Made by a program: the position numbers and the translations under genes | Assembly: GCF_009914755.1 (NCBI RefSeq) | Contig: NC_060934.1 | Strand: one strand, 5' to 3' | DNA: 64,000 nt | Origin: the human T2T-CHM13v2.0 reference genome, Homo sapiens | The notes under the pieces: model-generated | The model's input: only the letters and a program-made list of their open reading frames with translations | Told to the model about the DNA's origin: nothing | Database searches by the model: none | Shown here: positions 55,624-64,000 of the stretch, in pieces | Numbering within the stretch: position 1 is the stretch's first letter | Layout: each line of letters opens with the position of its first letter

Positions 55624-56429
55624 AAATACCTCCAAAATCTGGAGAGACCGCCTCTTAGTGGTATGGAATGCAAACATACTCTGTTTTGTCAGGTGCAATC
55701 CCCATAATGTTGCTAAGGTAGTTGTGCCCTATATTTTCATGGAATTTATGGTACAACCTCTGGCTTGTACATGTCTTGTTGATGCATCTAGATCTGCTAC
55801 TTTCACTGCAGCAAAACACTACAAACTTACTGAACCAGCATGATGTTGTGTGGGATAGAGAGAAGATCAGTGTCTCTGGCCCACATTGTGGCCCACAGTT
55901 AGAGGTAAAGTAATAACTTCTGACAAATCTGCAATCCTTTCCAGGTGAAAGCAAATGAATTCTAGTGTTCTTTGTTTAATGAGACTAACGAAAAGTATTT
56001 TTTTACTTCATACTGTATACCAGGTGCCAGGGAGGCACTAATTTGCTTTAGTAAGGAAATCACATCTGAAACAGCAACTAAAATGAAAGTCACTATTTGA
56101 TTAATCAAACAGTAATATATTATGCTCCAAGACCCCTTAGCAAGTCACAGTGGAACATGAAACCAGAATGTTATAAAAATCACTATGCCCTTGCATTTTC
56201 AAGTCTCTAATTATGCAAGATCGCTTTTGTAATACTATTTTGTTAAAGAGGTAAAGAGGGAGAAATCCAGGGACATTCACTTGGTCTTGGTCTTCCCTTC
56301 ACAGATCTGGGAGCTGGTGTGCATGGTTTCTGTCTGTTGTCAATGTTACCTATTTTAACATGATATGTTTAGACTGGGGAAAACACAATGGGATAGGTCT
56401 AAGATTCCACTGGGTATAACAAGGCAGAC

Positions 56430-57960
<1,531 letters not shown>

Positions 57961-58929
57961 ACCCTCTACAATTCTTCCTTTTGCTTGGTGGACTGAAGTA
58001 TTACTTGGAGCACCAGAAATTAGTGTTAGCTCAACCAAAGGTCTAATGACCAATAGAATAGTTGGGTATTTCCATTGCTTCATTGCGCGGTTACTCTAAT
58101 TTAAAGTCTTGTGCTTCCTTGAGGAAAGCGAGAAGGATATTTTATTGTCTCTACTTGTGATTGTATTGCAGGGTCTTCAAGGATTCTGCCTTTTCCCTTC
58201 ACTTAAAGGTTTCCAGAATGAGCACAGTTCTGGGAATAGGATGAGGAGCTTTTACATCTCTCAATGTGGTTCAACAGGCCTCTCTCCATGAATCCTAAAG
58301 TTCTGTTTTTTACTTAACAGAAATAGAATTTCTAATATAAAAGAGGACTTAAAGGACTCTCTCTCTCTTTCTCCTCTCCCACCTCAGTCTTAGGATCCAT
58401 CCTCAATTAACAACTGTCACACATCCCAGGCAGGACCTATAGCCTATCATGCTCACCCTCCCCTCTTCACCTCTGACCTTTATCCACTGCTGGTTAGTCT
58501 CTTCCACTCTAGAATCCTTCTAGCCACACTGAAATGAGGGATCGTATTTTCACTTCAGGGCTCACAGAAGAGGGACACTGATATGTTTTTCAAAGATGAT
58601 GGTACCATTTCAAAAGCATGTTTCTCAAGTCCTTAATGAATGAAGACCTTCTAAACCCTCACAGAGGAGAAGAAAAGAATAAGACAAATTACAAGAATAA
58701 ATTTACTCCAGCATTTCTAACTCTGAAGAATTTGAACTCCCCACTTTTTATTTTACCAATATATATCCCTCTCAACTTCATTTAACATAGTCCCCTGTTG
58801 AATCTAATTGAAAAAGCAATTAAGTCACCACCAGTGCTTAAATTAGCTCACTACAGAAAGCACAGTCTTACCTCTCACTAAGCTCATATAGTGGTGAGTG
58901 CTTACCCAAGTAGAAAGGGAGATTCAGAT

Positions 58930-59310
58930 TCTAGGCATGTACAAAATGACAAATATAAACTATGCAGTTTTTGGATTTTATGTGAGTTGCAATGAAAAGC
59001 TAACGGTATATTTTAAACAGGGGTGGGGAGAAAATACATACTATGTGGAATATGGATTATTGAGGGAAAAGGGTAAAAGCAGAAGCTAGTTGTGGGGCAA
59101 ATGGCAGCTGTCCAGGTGAGAAAGGATGGTGGCTTGTCTAGGTGAGAAATGATGGTGGCTTGGTCTAAGAAGATAGACAATGAGGTGGTGGAAAGAGGTA
59201 AGACTAGAAATATATTTTGGTCATAGAGCTGCCTGGACTTGTTCTTTGAAGAAAGGCAAGTAATAAAGAGAGAAAGATCAAGAACGATGCCTCGATTTTT
59301 GGCATAGTGC
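58930..59310 (-). mobile_element. L2 fragment with an internal 26-bp tandem duplication (59109-59160)
   Basis: TCCAGGTGAGAAAKGATGGTGGCTTG x2; AGATCAAGAACGATGCCTCGATTTTTGGC. Confidence 0.7.
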
Positions 59311-60492
59311 CAGTAATCAAGGCGGCAGACACTTGTGCATTATGGGAAGTGAAAACAGCATTCCAACTCTGCCTGGAAGCTTCCAATCACCTCATGTCTC
59401 TCAACAGACACATGTATACAACTAACAAAACATGGTCAATTCCAAGTAGTGACTGAGGTCATCATAGATACAAGAGAAGAGTTTTCTGTTAGAGTGGGGA
59501 AGGGCTTCACAGAAGAGCTGGAACCAGGAGCGGAAAGAGCAGGACTTCAACTAGGAAGGAAGACGAGTAGGTCTCCAGACTCAGGGAGGAGGTGACCTAT
59601 ACAGGGCCAGTGCACCCAGCTGTGCACTGTGCAACTCCATGGGGTGCCATTCCCATGAGCTGTGTGTGAGTTCAGGCCTGGAAAATGCCAGGCACAGTGT
59701 TGGGATGGTAAATAAACCAGAGTCGTCAAATCAAAAATAGAGTTAAAGAAGTTAGGCGGAGTTAGAAAGATAAATAATTCCAGAATACAACCATTACAGC
59801 ATTCATTTTTAGGCATATTTGAATGATCCTTACTCCACAGAATCCAACAAGCATGGGAAAGAGCAGGCATTCTAAGTTTCCCAACTGCCCTGTTAACTAA
59901 TTATCAAATATTAGCTCATCCAAGCTCCAGTGGCAGAGGAGCCATAACATTTTTTATGAGAAGCTTTTCTTTCATCCGTTAAGGTGAGACAGATGAATCC
60001 TCTAGTTCTCGTTCCAAGAAAGCACTTTAACTGCTGAGACTAGACTTGGTTTCATCAATAAATGAGCTGTTAAAATTGATTTATCCTCATTGACAGGCAC
60101 TTCATTCACAAATATACTCTGCCACATGGAGACCATTTTAGCCCACAATCTGGGTTGTTCCAAACGGAGCTCTTTCATTGCAAGCATGCCTTTCAGAACG
60201 CTTATTGGTGGTGTCACTGTGTAAAATCCTATTTTTCCACATATTCACAGCACCTCCAACTTGAATGTCAGTCAGGATTTCAGGCTTTTTTCATCTTTAG
60301 AAACAATACTTTTGTATATAGAAAGCATTTTATTCCTGTCTCGCCCCCCAGTGAACTATTTGGGAAGGATAAATACTACTTAAGGAACGATGGCTTGTGA
60401 TTGCCTTCTCTGAGTCTCACAGTAAAATTATTCCACGTGGTACATGGGGAAGGGAATGATTGCTATATCGCTGCCATTTTCAGAGAAATTAA

Positions 60493-60518
60493 AACAACAA
60501 CAACAACAACAACAACAA
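60493..60518. repeat. (AAC)n trinucleotide STR
   Basis: About 8 AAC units. Confidence 0.9.
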
Positions 60519-62560
60519 AACTCAACCAGAATATCATTGGTCATATTTTTGGAAATCAGGAAATTGTACAAAAACATTGCTTTAGGAAAACATGTTGTGT
60601 GGCAAATTATATCTTCCTTGTTTGACAGACAAGCGATAATAAATTAACAAGCTAGCACGGGGCTGGGAGACCTCTAGAGTGGGAGATGCCTTGTGGACAA
60701 TGCTTCTATGTCTCCATTTTTTCCTATTTATTTTGTTTCATTCAGAGATTCAAAGAGGGAACAGGTAACAACGCACACAGAGGTAAGCACATTTAAAAAG
60801 ATATCTGGAATCAATGCATTGTGAAATAAATATAATTGTGCATAGTGTTCTGAAACTCCCTGACAAGAATGACTTAAATTACTCAGTCAAGACCGTTAAA
60901 GCTTTTTCATGAGGGCAGGACTCCGGACTCTGCAAACTCCCTCCTGCCATAGCAAACAGTTCGAGCTGATGGTTCCCCCTGACAGTCAGAGGTGGTCACT
61001 CCCTTTGCTCTACTTCCACACGCAGAAAGCATTCCCTATTTGTCTGTGGCGAGTTCCATATGTTTCTTGTGGCATCTGCTAGCATTTCCGCTTAAAATAA
61101 AAAAGATTGTTTTAATTTCCAACCATATCTGTTCCCATTTGGGGATGTAAGCCATTTTGCAATGCTTTGTCCTTGAAGATTGTGATTTGTTTTGGTTCCC
61201 TGTGCAATATCTTGTGTTTTTCTTTAATGCCTTTTTTGAAGAAATATTTGAAAACAATCAGGGGAGGAGGAGCAGCTGCAGCTCAAACACTGCGGTAGAT
61301 GTTAGACAATGCAAGTCGCTTTTATTCTTCACGTTTTGCTTTTTGTCAAACTTTGCAATAAGGAAGGAAGGGCAGCTTTTGTTCCTTAGACAATCAGAAG
61401 GAAAGAAAAAATTGATTATTCCTTGCAGATTATGGGTGGTCAGCAATTATGTAAAAATGGGACAAACATTCAGAAGGGCCCAACTACTCTATCAGCGCAG
61501 CTGCACAATGACAACCATATGCTCTGGCCTGAGGGGTTAACTATTGCATTGAAACTGATTAGAGTAGTTTATCTTCCTGGGAAACAACTCCATTTAGACT
61601 GATCAAGACCAGCATTAGGTGAACACCGATGGGTTAAGATTTTGCTTTACATCCCCCCAACTGCTTTTAGAACAATATCCTGGTTAAAACAACGATTCAA
61701 TCAGACCTAAATTCACATAGTAACCTTAAGCAAGTGTCTTAATAGCATGAGCTCTAGGTGGCTGTAAGGAATCAGAGAAAGTTAGAAGGCCGGAAACTGT
61801 CCATGAAAGGTTTCCATCTCCCTGCTCCACCATGGTAGAGACACAGAATCCTTGGTACATTAGACTAATGGTTCTCAATGGATGCGGGAGATCAACAGTT
61901 ATCTAGACAGGTTTTTCAGATACCTACCAGGCCCCTGTACTTGCTGTCTTCAATGCCGATATGTCTTTTTGTATGATGAAGCTAATATGTGTGTGTGTGT
62001 GTCCAGACCAGTTTTATTTTTTTCTCCAGAATTACAAAGTACATGGGTGGGCCCAAATAAAAAGCAGCTTCTGTTCTCATCGATTGATTAACTGACTCAT
62101 CCATTCATTCCATGACATACCTTCAGACATTGTTTTAAGTATTGGGATATAGTGGTAGGCAAGATATATAAAGGCATTAAATAAATGATATGTACGTAGG
62201 TTTATCTTGAACCTAATCTAGGACATCAAGAAAGATGGCAACAATCTCTAAAATAATCAGTGTCATATGGAAATGGTAAAATGATGATCATGTTTATCGT
62301 TAATAATAACACCTTACGCTTGTGTACAATTTAATGTTTATAAGATTTCAATTGTTTTGAACTATGATCATGGTGGAGGCCACCTGCCTACATTATATGC
62401 GTGAGCATATAATGACTCCCATGGCTAATTCTTATATGTGTATATGTGTGATATTCCTGTGGAAATTACCAATCTCATGAAGGCAGGTACTGTGTCTTTC
62501 ATTTTTTCATCTTTCCTAGTGATATGCTCCATTCAAAGCAAGTACTAAAATACTGCCCCT

Positions 62561-63194
62561 GGATATCGTTTGGATATTTGTTCCCTCCAAATCGTATGTT
62601 GAAATTTGACCCCTAGTGTTGGAAGTGGGGCCTGGTGGGAGGTGTTTGTGTCATGGGGGTGGGTCACTCATGAATGGCTTGTTGCCATCTCTGCTTTATG
62701 AGTTCCCATGAGAACTGATTGTTAAAAAGGGCCTGGCACCTCCTCCTTTTTCTTTTTCTCCTCTCTTGCTATGTGACGCCTGCTCCCCCTTCACCTTCCA
62801 CCATGATTAGAAGATCCCTGAGGCCCTCACCAGTAGCAGATGCTGGCACCATGCTTCTTGTACTGCCTGCAGAACTATGAGCCTAATAAACCTCTTTTCT
62901 TTATAAGTTACCCAGCCTGAGATATTCTTTTATAGCAAGCTTATCTAACCCACAGCCCACAGGCCACAGGCAACCCAGAATGGCTTTGAATATGGCCCAA
63001 CACAAATTTGTAAATTTTCTTAAAGCATTATGATTTTTTTTTGTGATTTTTTTTTTTTTTTTTTAGCTCATCAGCTATCATTAATTTTAGTATATTTTAT
63101 GTGTGGCCCAAGACAATTCTTCTTCCAATGTAGCCCAGGGAAGCCAAAAGATTGAACACCCCTGTTTTATAGCAACACAAAACAGACTAAGACA
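62561..63194 (+). mobile_element. MSTB-like MaLR solo LTR split by MER30
   Basis: GTTTGGATATTTGTTCCCTCCAAA..GGGGCCTGGTGGGAGGTGTTTG..GCAGATGCTGGCACCATGCTTCTTGTAC..AATAAACCTCTTTTCTTTATAA..ACAGACTAAGACA. Confidence 0.9.
62936..63164. mobile_element. MER30 (hAT-Charlie MITE)
   Basis: CAAGCTTATCTAACCC..GCTCATCAGCTATC..GGAAGCCAAAAGATTGAACACCCCTG; perfect 8-bp TSD TTTTATAG. Confidence 0.92.
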
Positions 63195-64000
63195 TCCACC
63201 ATTTATATAGGCCTTAATAGTTTTCAGATACTTTTTACAGATTATCTATTTTTATTTTTATACCTTGTTTGTGGATTTTTAATTTTTTTCTTCTTTTTTA
63301 TTTTTTCTTTTCACTTTTTTGTTTATGAATTTTAAAGATGAGAAATGAGAAGTCCAAAGAAGACACATTATTTATTTACTCAGGATCACATAATTAGCTA
63401 GGAAAAAGCCCTATCTCTTTTTTATTTTTATTTATTTATTTTTGGTCTAATGTTTATTTTCATTGTTGTACATGTATGTCAGATTTTTCAGGCATATGAT
63501 ATGTCAGATATATATCAAATATCTATTTATATACTGTAAGGAATAAACTCTTTTTGGGGAATTAGGCATGAAAACAGAGAAAATGAGTTGGCTTGATGCA
63601 CATATCAAGCTGCTTCTCATTGGGCAACCAAGATGGTTGACAATTACGGGAGACGAGGCAGAGATCTGACTGCACAAGAGCTGTAAACACAATGCACTCA
63701 GGGCATCCTTCGAATAAGTCATAGGCACATGGAATTTAAATGGGGGGCAAGTTCTACCATCAAAGAATGCATTTCAGGGTGTGGCAGCAAACAGTGCTGT
63801 GGAAAATGATAACAGAGCCCAAGTGAAGAAGCTACCCCAGCCTGCCATCCAGCCATGTTCCTTATGCCTTCTCTGGCTTTTCCAAAAATGAAATGTCAAT
63901 ACCACTCTAGGGTTTTCATCTTAATTCATGCTAGAAGCCCTCAAGGCTTGTCATAGAATATGTCAGTATATTTCCAGAACATACAGTCTGGGTCTGATTA

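Larger units (their letters stand above)
53218..55975 (-). mobile_element. Decayed ERVL-class internal pol remnant (RT, connection, RNase H, integrase), interrupted by MER44
   Basis: Minus-strand reading across frameshifts gives degenerate matches, in the correct order, to recalled ERVL pol motifs: FAFTW (~55950), GFWR|HI (~55630|54885), PFEKQLL (~54590), WALVE..L..LPIM (~54500), MDL.EW..IF..NAHQ (~53850), WAHEQ.GHGG.DG (~53700), HWSYH..HHPEA.G.IERWN (~53250). Confidence 0.78.

Overview
Primate (human-like) non-coding genomic DNA, intergenic or deep intronic; the locus cannot be named from sequence alone. It is dominated by interspersed repeats: about 28 Alu/FRAM elements (J, S and Y lineages), L1, L2, L3/CR1 and MIR fragments, solo LTRs (MLT1, MST, THE1, MER51A, LTR8, LTR33, one LTR47/MER21-like), a ~2.7 kb decayed ERVL pol remnant split by a MER44/Tigger7 element, hAT MITEs (MER5, MER3, MER30, MER58), and half a MADE1. 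Subfamily names come from recalled consensus sequences, not a database search. I recognise no protein-coding exon, structural RNA gene, CpG island or CRISPR-like array, and I cannot support a new biological system. The most unusual features are DNA-repair fossils. (1) A ~205-bp copy of an AluY 3' end plus its unique flank sits in the middle of an older AluS 4.8 kb away, and it preserves the ancestral target-site duplication (TSD). (2) An older 70-bp templated insertion lies inside the ERVL integrase. (3) A tailless Alu is still flanked by TSDs. Repeat-free blocks carry motif clusters suggestive of enhancers, and there are a few candidate non-coding exons.
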